DNA of 64,000 nt from a virus. The position numbers and the translations under genes were made by a program. The stretch lies in IMG/VR virus record IMGVR_UViG_3300006854_000019; one strand, written 5' to 3'. The notes under the pieces are model-generated. The model did no database searches. It had not been told where the DNA came from and saw nothing but the letters and a program-made list of their open reading frames with translations. Positions 49,304 through 57,947 of the stretch are shown piece by piece; the first letter of the stretch is position 1; the number at the start of each line of letters is the position of its first letter.

Positions 49304-50572
49304 ATGACGAAGTTATCCTACACGGGGATGCCGAGCTCGGCGGAGCTCGATGAACTTGGCAAGATCATCGGGATCGAAAGGGATACATCCGAACCGGACA
49401 CAGCCTACTACTGGCGCCTACTCAACATCTGGCCTTGCGCCCGCATCGGCACAGGCGGCTCAACCTGCATCTACCCGGGAGACTGGATCCAAAACCTGGA
49501 CGGGACGCTGACGCTCGAGGTCGAGCGATTCACCCAGGGTAACTCAGGCGCACCCGGCTTTTGGGCGCACGGGACGGTCGTGGCGGGCAATTGCGTGGGC
49601 GAAAAGAGCTACGCTCACAGCTTGCAAGAGTTCTGGAAGAAGCTTGCGCGCCCGGAAGTGAAGCCGGGGAAGGACGGCCCGCGCGATCGAACGGGGTCGC
49701 CGCTACGTGTCGGCGACAGGATCGAGAATGAGTACGGCGAAGTGGTGGACATAACCAGCATTCGCGAGTCCCTGGCCGAAGGCTTCTGCGCGAAGGGTAC
49801 GAACGCCCAGGGCGGCTGCGTAGGTGCCTTTGATCTCGGGACGCGCTGGCGCAGGGTCGAGCCCGCGGAATCGATGCCGGCGGATCCGCCGAAGGAGATC
49901 GAAACGATGAAGGACGTCGTCAGCGTGATGAGCCCGGGAACTTACCCATGGAAATTGAAGGCCGTTCACGATGCTGCCAACAGAAACCTGGGCGAATGGA
50001 GCGGAACAGTCTCGGGGGATCCGTACTATGGCATGTTCGTCGTGAACACGAAGCGCGGCGCCGAGTCGTGCGAGTTCAGGATCCCCGCCGAACTCGTGCG
50101 CGAGGGAAACGAAGAAGAGATCGATGCATGCTTCCGGACACCCTGGAACATCATAAAGGTCATCCGTGCGCAAGATGAACTCAGAGCTGCCGAGAACAAC
50201 ACGGCGATGATGCCCGCCGATGTCGTTCCCGAATGGGTTTCGGTGGGCGATGACGCCGAAGATTATCGGCAGTACCAGAACAAGGTGAATCGGGCTGTCG
50301 GAGCGCTGCCACCAGGTTGGTCCATCGTGTTCGATAGGCACTTGATGTGCGAGAGTTACGCCCTGTACCAACCGGACGGGGTCCTGTTCGCGCGTGAGCG
50401 TGGACTCTGGGGACTCGATGGCCTCCGCGCTGCCATCACCGAAGCCCACGTGAAGCACTCACTCCACCCCGAACGTCTTCGCCGCCCCCGCCGCATCATG
50501 AAGTGGAAGCCACCCGAGGTGCAGAGCTTCGACGAATGGGTGAAGACGTTCACGAAACCGAAAGGATCTTGA
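49304..50572 (+). CDS. member B of the three-gene paralogue family (422 aa)
   Basis: ATG 49304 with GGAAAGG RBS; SAELDELGKIIGIERDTSEPDTAYYWRLLNIWP and LPPGWSIVFD modules. Confidence 0.7.
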   Translation: MTKLSYTGMPSSAELDELGKIIGIERDTSEPDTAYYWRLLNIWPCARIGTGGSTCIYPGDWIQNLDGTLTLEVERFTQGNSGAPGFWAHGTVVAGNCVGEKSYAHSLQEFWKKLARPEVKPGKDGPRDRTGSPLRVGDRIENEYGEVVDITSIRESLAEGFCAKGTNAQGGCVGAFDLGTRWRRVEPAESMPADPPKEIETMKDVVSVMSPGTYPWKLKAVHDAANRNLGEWSGTVSGDPYYGMFVVNTKRGAESCEFRIPAELVREGNEEEIDACFRTPWNIIKVIRAQDELRAAENNTAMMPADVVPEWVSVGDDAEDYRQYQNKVNRAVGALPPGWSIVFDRHLMCESYALYQPDGVLFARERGLWGLDGLRAAITEAHVKHSLHPERLRRPRRIMKWKPPEVQSFDEWVKTFTKPKGS

Positions 50573-50856
50573 TGTTCCCGACAATCCGATTGAAGGGCAC
50601 GTGCGGAACGTGCCGGTTCTGGAAACGGGCTGAACTCGCGGCCTACAAGGAGCTACCCAATCACCGGGTGTGCGAGAAGTTTCCGCCGGTGATCGAGGAC
50701 CGCCGCCCGTTCGCGCCCGAAGCCCCGCTGCTCGACCGGAGCACGCGATCCATCGAGCTCTCGAAGCGCCTGGCAAGCTGCCGCCCAGCCCTCGCCATCG
50801 TCACCGAGACGGGCCTCGTGAGCCAACAGAATTTCTCCTGCGCCTGCTGGGAGTGA
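50572..50856 (+). CDS. Cys-rich small protein (94 aa)
   Basis: TGATG junction at 50570..50574; GTCGTCRFW ... FSCACWE. Confidence 0.55.
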   Translation: MFPTIRLKGTCGTCRFWKRAELAAYKELPNHRVCEKFPPVIEDRRPFAPEAPLLDRSTRSIELSKRLASCRPALAIVTETGLVSQQNFSCACWE

Positions 50857-50859
50857 GCC

Positions 50860-51105
50860 ATGACTCTTGGTGAATGCCCCAAATGCGGCGGATCGAAAAT
50901 CCTCGGGCCCCGCTACACGCGCGTGCACGGCCGCGAGAAGCTCCGGTACACCTGCTACCAATGCAGCTACTCCTGGACGACGGCGCGCCGCGATGCCGAA
51001 GAGCGGAAGCGGCCCGATCGCGATCCAAAGACGCGTGCGATTCTGACCAAATGCTGCGGATGGAAGATCGTGCACGCCGACAACGGCGACTACGAGTTCC
51101 GCTGA
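50860..51105 (+). CDS. zinc-ribbon protein (81 aa)
   Basis: CPKCGG ... CYQC. Confidence 0.6.
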   Translation: MTLGECPKCGGSKILGPRYTRVHGREKLRYTCYQCSYSWTTARRDAEERKRPDRDPKTRAILTKCCGWKIVHADNGDYEFR

Positions 51106-51263
51106 TGAAACGCGGATTCGGTGTGCGTATCGTGCACGCGGCCCAGACGACGTACAGCCCGTACTGGGGTTGGGTAACGACCTACTGGCGGGAAGAGCCG
51201 CTGCCTTCGACGGTCTGTGCCCGCTGGCTTCTTGTGGACCAGTACCTGAATCGCGCAGTGTGA
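51105..51263 (+). CDS. possible small protein (52 aa)
   Basis: TGATG junction at 51103..51107; MKRGFGVRIVHAAQTTYSPYWGW. Confidence 0.4.
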   Translation: MKRGFGVRIVHAAQTTYSPYWGWVTTYWREEPLPSTVCARWLLVDQYLNRAV

Positions 51264-51265
51264 CG

Positions 51266-51895
51266 ATGCAGGCCTACGTTGCGACCTTTGAGGATTGCCA
51301 CGACGGCCCGCTTCAAGAAGTGGTGTGGGGCGCAAACGAAGCCGACGCGAGCGAAGAGGCATGCGGGTTCTTCGGCGGCGATCCGGATGAGATCGAGATC
51401 CGCCGCGCGCCGGAGTTCGATGCGTGCTGGGGCAAAACCTACAGCACGCTGCTTGAAGCCATGCTTGCCAATGGCTGGAGCTTCACGGGCTGCGCGTACT
51501 ACCACTGCCAGCGCCCGATCGGTGACGACGAAGACTACGCCGACGACGATGGGGAGAACGGGTATTGCCCCGATCGCGAGCCTGTGGTCCGCGGCACGCA
51601 TGTCTTCTGTTCGGAGTGGTGCGCCGGTGCCGATGCCGTATGGCACGTGGAACGCAGGATCCAGAGCTGGGAGTTTGCCGAGCAGGTGATCGCTGCCCTC
51701 GGGCCCGACATTGAAGTGACGAGCGCGGACGGCTACACGACGGCAGGGCCGGCCGTGCACTTCCGATTCCCCGGGGCAAAGTACGAAGCCGGCTGGGATC
51801 CATTCGAGAAATCCGCCTACGTCCCGAACGGCGATCACGAGGCATGGTTTGCCTGGCGCCGCCAGGTGAAGGAAAGAAATGGCACTCCCGGATAA
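51266..51895 (+). CDS. acidic Cys-containing hypothetical protein (209 aa)
   Basis: Internal ATG 51266 (MQAYVATFEDCHDGP). Confidence 0.65.
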   Translation: MQAYVATFEDCHDGPLQEVVWGANEADASEEACGFFGGDPDEIEIRRAPEFDACWGKTYSTLLEAMLANGWSFTGCAYYHCQRPIGDDEDYADDDGENGYCPDREPVVRGTHVFCSEWCAGADAVWHVERRIQSWEFAEQVIAALGPDIEVTSADGYTTAGPAVHFRFPGAKYEAGWDPFEKSAYVPNGDHEAWFAWRRQVKERNGTPG

Positions 51896-52166
51896 GAGGT
51901 TCGAGCCGCACCGCTGGCTCCTCATCCATCGCGACGTTCTGATGCTCCGGATGACAGGCGGCCCATCGGGTCCGGCAGGGATCGAGAGATGTGCAAGCGA
52001 GCTCAGGATCGCCGACTACCTGCTCACATTGACCGACGCCGAGCTTGAACAGAACCCGATCTGGCAAATGTGGATCCGGGTGGACAGGGGACTTTACGAA
52101 TGCCTGGGGGCGCGCGCCGAGGACAGCATGTTCTTTCACATCGTGACGCCCGGGAAGGACTCATGA
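51879..52166 (+). CDS. hypothetical protein (95 aa)
   Basis: ATG 51879, overlaps the previous gene by 17 nt. Confidence 0.55.
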   Translation: MALPDKRFEPHRWLLIHRDVLMLRMTGGPSGPAGIERCASELRIADYLLTLTDAELEQNPIWQMWIRVDRGLYECLGARAEDSMFFHIVTPGKDS

Positions 52167-52438
52167 GCCCGTACAGAAAGTCTGCGCCGCCTACGGAAGT
52201 GCCAAACTCGATCCAGTCGGCAACGCTCCCGCACTGGGCCAAAGCGATCCGCTGCATCAAGTGCGGACGCCGGCAGTATTCCCCGGATGCTTACTGCCAA
52301 GGCATTGAAGGCAAGGATGTTTTTGATCCATGTGTCGTTGTCGGCGAGCACCTGCATATCCGTTGCATGGGCTGCGGATACCGCTGGCTCACGCAATGTG
52401 CGGATGCGCCCGGCGCACCAACGAAAGAACAGAAATGA
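52163..52438 (+). CDS. zinc-ribbon-like protein (91 aa)
   Basis: ATGA overlap; CIKCGRR ... CMGCGYRW. Confidence 0.6.
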   Translation: MSPYRKSAPPTEVPNSIQSATLPHWAKAIRCIKCGRRQYSPDAYCQGIEGKDVFDPCVVVGEHLHIRCMGCGYRWLTQCADAPGAPTKEQK

Positions 52439-52641
52439 CCTACAATCACCCAATTGTGCAGGGAATCAATTGGCAGCTGTTCTACAGGTACGAGCTGGAT
52501 AGCCCACCTGTCTTGGGACTACGAGTTAACGATCCCAGTGGGCAGTACGCCGAGATCACGCTTCCCGCAGAAACCGCACGCGCCCTGGCAGCCGTCTTGA
52601 AGGAGTTTGCTGACTCACCGCCGCCACGCCCAAAGCCCTAG
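52435..52641 (+). CDS. hypothetical protein (68 aa)
   Basis: ATGA overlap; MTYNHPIVQGINWQLFYRY. Confidence 0.55.
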   Translation: MTYNHPIVQGINWQLFYRYELDSPPVLGLRVNDPSGQYAEITLPAETARALAAVLKEFADSPPPRPKP

Positions 52642-53108
52642 CGGAGCTTCGTCAGCGCCGCGACGAAGCCGGGATTGGTGAGCGAGTCCTGCCGGCGCGA
52701 CTGGATCCAGCGTACGCATTTCTCGCCCGACCAGTTATAGAGTCGATGGAGCACCACGGCCATGACGATGCCCGATCGGTTTCTGCCCTGCGCGCAGGTG
52801 ACCAAGATCCGCCGCCCGCCACGCAAGCGTCGATCGATCGCAGCGGCCACGGTCAGGATCGCGTTCCATTCGTAGCGTGTCGGCCCTTCCGGATTGTCCG
52901 CTAGCCGGCAGCGTAAGACTTCGACCGCGCTCCCGTACGCGCGCGCATCGGGCTGGAGTTCGGCAGCGGTTAAGACCAGTGTTTGAAACCCGGCCCGTTC
53001 GATCCGTTTGGCAGGATCGGGAAACGAGCCCTGGTAGAGCTTCGGTGCAATTTGCGACACATCGAGAATGGGGCGGTTCTTTAACGGGCCAAGGTCGACT
53101 TGAATCAT
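52638..53108 (-). CDS. dual-specificity / Cys-based protein phosphatase (156 aa)
   Basis: Internal ATG 53108 (MIQVDLGPL). ILVTCAQGRNRSGIVMAVVL = C-x5-R(S/T) P-loop, with an upstream candidate general-acid Asp in RLADNPEGP. Only minus-strand gene inside the 40-64 kb plus-strand block. Confidence 0.75.
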   Translation of the reverse strand: MIQVDLGPLKNRPILDVSQIAPKLYQGSFPDPAKRIERAGFQTLVLTAAELQPDARAYGSAVEVLRCRLADNPEGPTRYEWNAILTVAAAIDRRLRGGRRILVTCAQGRNRSGIVMAVVLHRLYNWSGEKCVRWIQSRRQDSLTNPGFVAALTKLR

Positions 53109-53127
53109 GAGATGACTCCATCCTACC

Positions 53128-53164
53128 CGATTTCTTGACCCGTCCTTCCCTCCATCCGTAGCAT
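53128..53164 (+). promoter_or_regulatory. promoter-like motif CGATTTCTTGACC-N18-TAGCAT, 7 nt from the ATG (leaderless geometry)
   Basis: -35 at 53135..53140, -10 at 53159..53164, ATG 53172. Confidence 0.5.
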
Positions 53165-53171
53165 CGAGTGC

Positions 53172-53363
53172 ATGCTGAGTATCATCATCGCGATCGTCGT
53201 GGTCGGCGTTGTTCTCTATTGCATCAACACCTTCGTTCCGATGGAGCAGAAGGTGAAGACCATCCTGAACGTGGTCGTAATCCTGGCCCTGGTGATCTGG
53301 CTCCTGCAGGTCTTCGGCGTCCTTGGGATGCTGGACCGCGTTCCGGTAGGCACACACCGGTAA
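53172..53363 (+). CDS. small two-helix membrane protein, Thivi_2564-family-like (63 aa)
   Basis: MLSIIIAIVVVGVVLYCINTFVPMEQKVKTILNVVVILALVIWLLQVFGVLG closely resembles a widespread small bacterial membrane protein family. The ATG is 7 nt from a TAGCAT -10-like element. Confidence 0.7.
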   Translation: MLSIIIAIVVVGVVLYCINTFVPMEQKVKTILNVVVILALVIWLLQVFGVLGMLDRVPVGTHR

Positions 53364-53394
53364 AAACCCGCGGCCTGCGGCGCCGGTTCTGGCC

Positions 53395-53431
53395 CGATTT
53401 CTTGCCCCCCGCCCAATCCCTCCCGTAGCAT
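53395..53431 (+). promoter_or_regulatory. promoter-like motif CGATTTCTTGCCC-N18-TAGCAT, 6 nt from the ATG (leaderless geometry)
   Basis: -35 at 53402..53407, -10 at 53426..53431, ATG 53438. Aligns base-for-base with the 53128 copy at CCCGATTTCTTG and CCGTAGCATCG. Confidence 0.5.
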
Positions 53432-53437
53432 CGGACC

Positions 53438-54061
53438 ATGATCCCCCTCGGCGTACTTTTCCTCGGTGCCCTTGGTGCCGCTTCCGCCGCGCGCGCGGCC
53501 TACCGCCCCTTCCGTGCGATCGTGCGGGACGGCTTCGTATCGGCCTGCGCCGGATCGCCCGGCACGGGCGCCTGCACGTCCGCCATGCGCATCGCCAGCT
53601 ACCGCGGCAAGGCGGAGATCTTTTCCCCGGTGGCCGGCAAGATCATCCAGCCCGGCGGCACGAACCCCGGCGGCACGCTTCGGATCGCATCGAGTAGCGA
53701 GCCCATCATCATCACGTACATGGGAGACGCCGCAAAGGGCGGTCTCGAAATCCAGGTGCAGGGTCCGGGGCAGAAGGTGCATGCCGGCCAGGTCGTGGCC
53801 CTCGGCGATGGCCTCGCGATGACCGTCGAGCAGGTCGTGCGCGACGCAAGCGGCCGGCTATCGACCGTGTTCATCGAGCCGGCGAGCTGGCTTGCTGCGC
53901 GCGGGATCCGGGTGAGTGCCAAGCGCCGCAGTGGCCAGGCGGCCCAGTGGTGCGACACCGGCCGAAAGCTCACCGTTCCCCAGTCGGTCGGCCGCTGCGG
54001 CATGCGCCTGCCCGCGCCGAGCGGCATGATGATCCTGCCCGTCTCCGTTTCGATGGAGTAA
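53438..54061 (+). CDS. secreted protein with degenerate LytM/M23-like beta-barrel (207 aa)
   Basis: N-terminal signal-like MIPLGVLFLGALGAASAARA. IFSPVAGKIIQPG...LRIAS...IIITYMGDA...VHAGQVVALGDG follows the M23/lipoyl-hybrid strand pattern, but I see no HxxxD / HxH metal ligands. Confidence 0.45.
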   Translation: MIPLGVLFLGALGAASAARAAYRPFRAIVRDGFVSACAGSPGTGACTSAMRIASYRGKAEIFSPVAGKIIQPGGTNPGGTLRIASSSEPIIITYMGDAAKGGLEIQVQGPGQKVHAGQVVALGDGLAMTVEQVVRDASGRLSTVFIEPASWLAARGIRVSAKRRSGQAAQWCDTGRKLTVPQSVGRCGMRLPAPSGMMILPVSVSME

Positions 54062-54063
54062 CG

Positions 54064-54357
54064 GTGGCGGCCCATCCCCCGCCCGTTCTCCAGGCCCCGC
54101 CAGCCAAGCTCGACTTTGCCGATGTGCTAATTGCTGGCGGCGCCGCGATTGGGCTCTTCACCATCGGCCGTGCCGCTGTCGATCACGTCCTTGCCTCCCG
54201 CGGCCCGGTAAAACCCACGAATTTGGCCCATGCAAAGCCGGGGGTTCCCAAGCGTGCCGCAGATGATGTAGTGGCATTTCTTGCCGCCATTGCCGGGCTC
54301 ACGATCACCGCAGTGGGCACGGTGGAGGCCGTCAAGGAGTGGCTCGGCACGAAGTAA
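54064..54357 (+). CDS. two-helix membrane protein (97 aa)
   Basis: GTG 54064, 2 nt after the upstream TAA; helices VLIAGGAAIGLFTIG and VVAFLAAIAGLTITAVG. Confidence 0.5.
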   Translation: MAAHPPPVLQAPPAKLDFADVLIAGGAAIGLFTIGRAAVDHVLASRGPVKPTNLAHAKPGVPKRAADDVVAFLAAIAGLTITAVGTVEAVKEWLGTK

Positions 54358-54551
54358 TGGCGGCACCGGAAGACGAAGACAGTCCCCGCCTCGAACAGCT
54401 CGAGCGGCTCATCGAAGCCGCCCTCACCGGCATTTCGCCCGAAGTCCACGAACGGCTGGTGCGAAAATTGATAGCCCGTTTGAAAGCTGCGTACGGCCCA
54501 CGCCGGACCGCCAGCGGGCGCTTGGATTTACGGAAGATTGATCCCGAATAA
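54357..54551 (+). CDS. small helical protein (64 aa)
   Basis: TAATG junction at 54355..54359; MAAPEDEDSPRLEQLERLIEAAL. Confidence 0.5.
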   Translation: MAAPEDEDSPRLEQLERLIEAALTGISPEVHERLVRKLIARLKAAYGPRRTASGRLDLRKIDPE

Positions 54552-54562
54552 GGAACTCGTCC

Positions 54563-54925
54563 ATGAAATCGCCCATCATCCTCGCAGCCCTCATCCTCGC
54601 CGCCTGCACCGGCTCCCTCGAACAGAATCGGCTTGCCGCGGCGCCGCCGCGCACAGTGGGCTCGCCCGCGGTGGCCCCGGAACAGGTCGCGCGCTGCAAC
54701 ACACTGGACGATCGGCGCCAATTCTGGGGCGCGCTTGGCAAGGGTGCCGCTGTTCTCGGCGGCGCATCGGGCCTCTCCACACTCCCCCTCGAAGATCCCA
54801 AATACGAAACCACGCGGGTGGGCCTTGCGATTGGCGGGGTCGCCGCAGCGGCCATCGCCGCCGGCGCCATCGTGATCTCCGAAGGCGCATCCGAAAGCTG
54901 GGCCCGGGAATGCAGCACGCAGTAA
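54563..54925 (+). CDS. lipoprotein (120 aa)
   Basis: MKSPIILAALILAAC: signal peptide with lipobox L-A-A-C; hydrophobic Gly/Ala-rich C-terminal segment. Confidence 0.7.
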   Translation: MKSPIILAALILAACTGSLEQNRLAAAPPRTVGSPAVAPEQVARCNTLDDRRQFWGALGKGAAVLGGASGLSTLPLEDPKYETTRVGLAIGGVAAAAIAAGAIVISEGASESWARECSTQ

Positions 54926-55296
54926 CCCTGGTCGCGCTTCTTGCCCTGTCCTGCCGCTGCATGCCGCCGCCGGACAAGCCAGACGCCGCACCGATCCCGA
55001 CCTCGGCGCCCGCACCGTATGGCGATGCAAGTGCCGCCACCACGGACGCTGGGCTCGATGACTGTGGCCGCGCCGAAGCGCGCATCGGCCCACGCGCCCT
55101 GCACCCCGCGCCCGATGGCCTGGAATGCCGGAAGCCGGATGGCACGCCGTGGTGGACGACGCCCGGCGGTACCCCGTTCGCTGTAGCCTGCCGCGCTGCC
55201 GCCGCCGATGGCCGCAACTGGGAACCCCGGTGCATCGCCACGATCCACGACTGCGCGGATCTCGATCGGGCCTACAGCGGGGAGCTTTGCAAATGA
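54910..55296 (+). CDS. Pro-rich lipoprotein with several Cys (128 aa)
   Basis: Internal ATG 54910; MQHAVTLVALLALSC lipobox, then PPPDKPDAAPIPTSAPAP. Confidence 0.6.
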   Translation: MQHAVTLVALLALSCRCMPPPDKPDAAPIPTSAPAPYGDASAATTDAGLDDCGRAEARIGPRALHPAPDGLECRKPDGTPWWTTPGGTPFAVACRAAAADGRNWEPRCIATIHDCADLDRAYSGELCK

Positions 55297-56081
55297 AGCA
55301 TCTCTGCGGCACATTGCCCGATCGCCCAGTCACACGCTTCAGCGATGCCGTGGCTGCAAACTACGGGAGCGCCAAGGCGCTGCCCGCGCCCGGCACGGGC
55401 CGGGTCCTTGCCGTGCCATCGCCCCGCCGGATCCAGTTTGCCCCGGCTTGCTTGGGCTACTCGGGTGCAGAAATCATCGACGCGGCGCACGGCAACGTCA
55501 TCACGGCTTCGGCCATCGGGATCTGGCGGGAGGCCCGGCGCCGGCAGGGCCTGATCGAAAACATCGACGAAGGCACGCGCACCGAATACATGATCGATGG
55601 GCTGATCCACCGCGGCTGGGATCACTATAAGGAGGGCGAAGACACCGATCCGGTAGAAGCCGGCCGCGGCGCCGCACCCGCCGGCGACGATCTCGCCTCC
55701 GAGCTCGACGCCTACGATCACCGCGGTACAACCATCACCCACTATCGGATCTTCGAGCTCGACGCGCTTTCAGATGCCACCGATCGCGGTCTCGGTGTAA
55801 GCGGCGCCTTCGGTCTCAAGGAGCCATTCTTCAATCTGAAGCCGAACGAGGTCGCAACAGCGGCGCACATGGGTGGCGAACAGAACGGCCACGCCGTCCG
55901 CATCGTGCGCGTGTGGAAGATGCCGGGTGGTCGCTATCGCGCGCTTGGGCAAAACCACTGGCCCGATCCCTGGGGCGGCGCGCACGATCCCGAAGGCCAG
56001 TACTGGCCCTGGTGCTTTTTGATCGACGAGGACGCCCTTGTCGGCGCGTGGGATCTCTACGCCCTAGAAGTAGCCCACTGA
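55293..56081 (+). CDS. possible papain-like cysteine peptidase (262 aa)
   Basis: ATGA overlap. APACLGYSGAEIIDAA (candidate Cys) and NGHAVRIVRV...ALGQNHWPDPWGG (His ... N-x-W-x-x-x-WG) follow the order of papain-family landmarks. Weak. Confidence 0.4.
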   Translation: MKHLCGTLPDRPVTRFSDAVAANYGSAKALPAPGTGRVLAVPSPRRIQFAPACLGYSGAEIIDAAHGNVITASAIGIWREARRRQGLIENIDEGTRTEYMIDGLIHRGWDHYKEGEDTDPVEAGRGAAPAGDDLASELDAYDHRGTTITHYRIFELDALSDATDRGLGVSGAFGLKEPFFNLKPNEVATAAHMGGEQNGHAVRIVRVWKMPGGRYRALGQNHWPDPWGGAHDPEGQYWPWCFLIDEDALVGAWDLYALEVAH

Positions 56082-56100
56082 CGAAAGGAAAAAACCGAGC

Positions 56101-56913
56101 ATGACACCCGCAGAGCTGCATCGCTGGGCACGGCCATTCGTGGTCGAAGGATTTAGGACGCGCATCGGCCGGGATCCCACCACTTCCGAAGCGCAGGCCG
56201 AGCAGGGGGTGAGCTGGATCGAAACGCGCGACGGGACAGCGTGGAAGACGGCGGGCCAGGGCTCGAACAACATGGGCGCGATCCAATCAAGCCGCCCGCC
56301 CTGCGATCTTGGCACCTCCTTCCAGTACGTCGACACGCACCCGAACCCCGACGGGTCATCGACCCCGTACACGATCTGCTTTGCGAAATACCCAACGCCC
56401 CAGGCAGGCTTCGATGCGCTGGCGCGCGAAGTGTACGTGAAGCGCCCGTCCGTTCTTGCCGCCGCGAGCTCGGGCAATCTTTACAATGTGTCCGCAGCCC
56501 TTCACGCCACGCGTTATTACGAAGGGTTCGGAAAAACGATCGCCGATAGGATCGAGAATCACTACCAGGCGATGCGAAGCGCGGTTTTAGCGATCGCCGG
56601 CGCACTCGGTGAGCCGGTGATGGACACGGGGCAACCCCCGGCGCTCGAGCCCTGGCAGCTCGATACGTTTCTGCCCGATAATCCACTCATCCTCCGCGGC
56701 TCGTTCGGACCCTACGTGAAGATCTGGCAGCACGTGGCTAACCCCTGGCTCGAAGCCAATGGCCACGATGCCCTGGTGGTCGATGGTCACTTCGGCTCCC
56801 TCACCGAATCGGCGACCAAATTCTTCCAGCGCGCGCACGTGTCCGGAACGGGCGCACCGCTCAAAGTCGACGGCAAGGTCGGCCGGGAGACGTGGGCAGC
56901 GGCGGGCGGCTGA
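56101..56913 (+). CDS. cell-wall hydrolase candidate with C-terminal peptidoglycan-binding domain (270 aa)
   Basis: C-terminus GPYVKIWQHVANPWLEANGHDALVVDGHFGSLTESATKFFQRAHV...LKVDGKVGRETWAAAG = PG_binding_1 pattern. N-terminal domain (EQGVSWIETRDGTAWKTAGQGSNNMGAIQ) is reminiscent of glucosaminidase/FlgJ-type enzymes (weak). Confidence 0.6.
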   Translation: MTPAELHRWARPFVVEGFRTRIGRDPTTSEAQAEQGVSWIETRDGTAWKTAGQGSNNMGAIQSSRPPCDLGTSFQYVDTHPNPDGSSTPYTICFAKYPTPQAGFDALAREVYVKRPSVLAAASSGNLYNVSAALHATRYYEGFGKTIADRIENHYQAMRSAVLAIAGALGEPVMDTGQPPALEPWQLDTFLPDNPLILRGSFGPYVKIWQHVANPWLEANGHDALVVDGHFGSLTESATKFFQRAHVSGTGAPLKVDGKVGRETWAAAGG

Positions 56914-57758
56914 TGGCATCGAAGAAAGCACCGAAGTACGGCGCCCGCGACGTCTTCGCCGCACTCGAGAAGAAATTCGCTGCTCCCGCCTGGGCGCTTC
57001 TTGCCGAAGTCGGGGACAAGACCGGATTCGGGTGCACCCGCCACGCCGATGCCGTGGCCGTATCGCTGTGGCCCTCGCGTGGGCTAGGGATCCACGGCAT
57101 CGAGATCAAGGTGAGCAGGCAGGACTGGCAGCGCGAGCTCATGAATCCCGACAAGGCCGACGCGATCCAGAAATTCTGTGACTTCTGGTGGGTAGCCGTG
57201 GGCGACGAGAGCATCATCGAGCCCGGCGAGCTCCCGCCGACCTGGGGGCTCATGGTGCTCGGTGGCCAGACCCTGAAGACGAAGCGCGAAGCCCCCGCGC
57301 TGAAACCAAAGCCACTCGACAAGGGATTCGTCGCAGCACTTCTACGCCGCGCTGCAGAAGGCCTCGATGCCCGGGTGACGACAGCCCGAAGCGACGGCCT
57401 TGCCGAGGGCCGCGGGCTTGGCCCACCCGAGCTCGAACGGAAGATCAAAGACCTCGAGAATGAAAACAAGAATCTCGAGACCGCGATCAAGGAGTTCGAG
57501 GAAAAAAGCGGCATCAAGATCGGCAAGTGGAACGCAGGCCGCATCGGCGCTGCCGTGGAAAAGATCATGATGCTCAGCCGCTACAATCACGAGCATTTTG
57601 ATCCCATCGTAGAAGTGGAGCAGGCCGAACGGGTGCTGCGCGAGCGGGCGGACAACCTCGCCCGTGCCGCCGAGGAGCTCCGCGCTGCCCGCAAAGCCGC
57701 CGATGGCGCCGCCCGGATCGTCCAGGTTGCCCAAGAGCTCGGCCGCAAAGCGGGCTAA
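56913..57758 (+). CDS. MmcB-like PD-(D/E)xK nuclease-fold protein + C-terminal coiled coil (281 aa)
   Basis: RHADAVAVSLWPSRGLGIHGIEIKVSRQDWQRELMNPDKADAIQKFCDFWWVAV follows D ... (E/D)xK ... K ... Cd.f(y/w), as I recall for MmcB-family proteins. Confidence 0.5.
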   Translation: MASKKAPKYGARDVFAALEKKFAAPAWALLAEVGDKTGFGCTRHADAVAVSLWPSRGLGIHGIEIKVSRQDWQRELMNPDKADAIQKFCDFWWVAVGDESIIEPGELPPTWGLMVLGGQTLKTKREAPALKPKPLDKGFVAALLRRAAEGLDARVTTARSDGLAEGRGLGPPELERKIKDLENENKNLETAIKEFEEKSGIKIGKWNAGRIGAAVEKIMMLSRYNHEHFDPIVEVEQAERVLRERADNLARAAEELRAARKAADGAARIVQVAQELGRKAG

Positions 57759-57761
57759 CGG

Positions 57762-57947
57762 GTGCCCGCGTGCGTGTGCGAAGAGTGCCTGACCCGCGAC
57801 CTCGAGTTCATCGTGGTCTTTCGGGGTGAGACCTGCAGGCGCTGTGGCCGCACCCCACGCCCCGGCGCACTCTTCCCGGGAGAAATCACCCAGCTAGTGC
57901 GTATGAAGCGAAAACGGGACAAGAAGAACGAACGGAAGGCGAAGTGA
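57762..57947 (+). CDS. small zinc-finger-like basic protein (61 aa)
   Basis: GTG 57762; CVCEEC ... CRRCG; KRKRDKKNERKAK tail. Confidence 0.5.
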   Translation: MPACVCEECLTRDLEFIVVFRGETCRRCGRTPRPGALFPGEITQLVRMKRKRDKKNERKAK

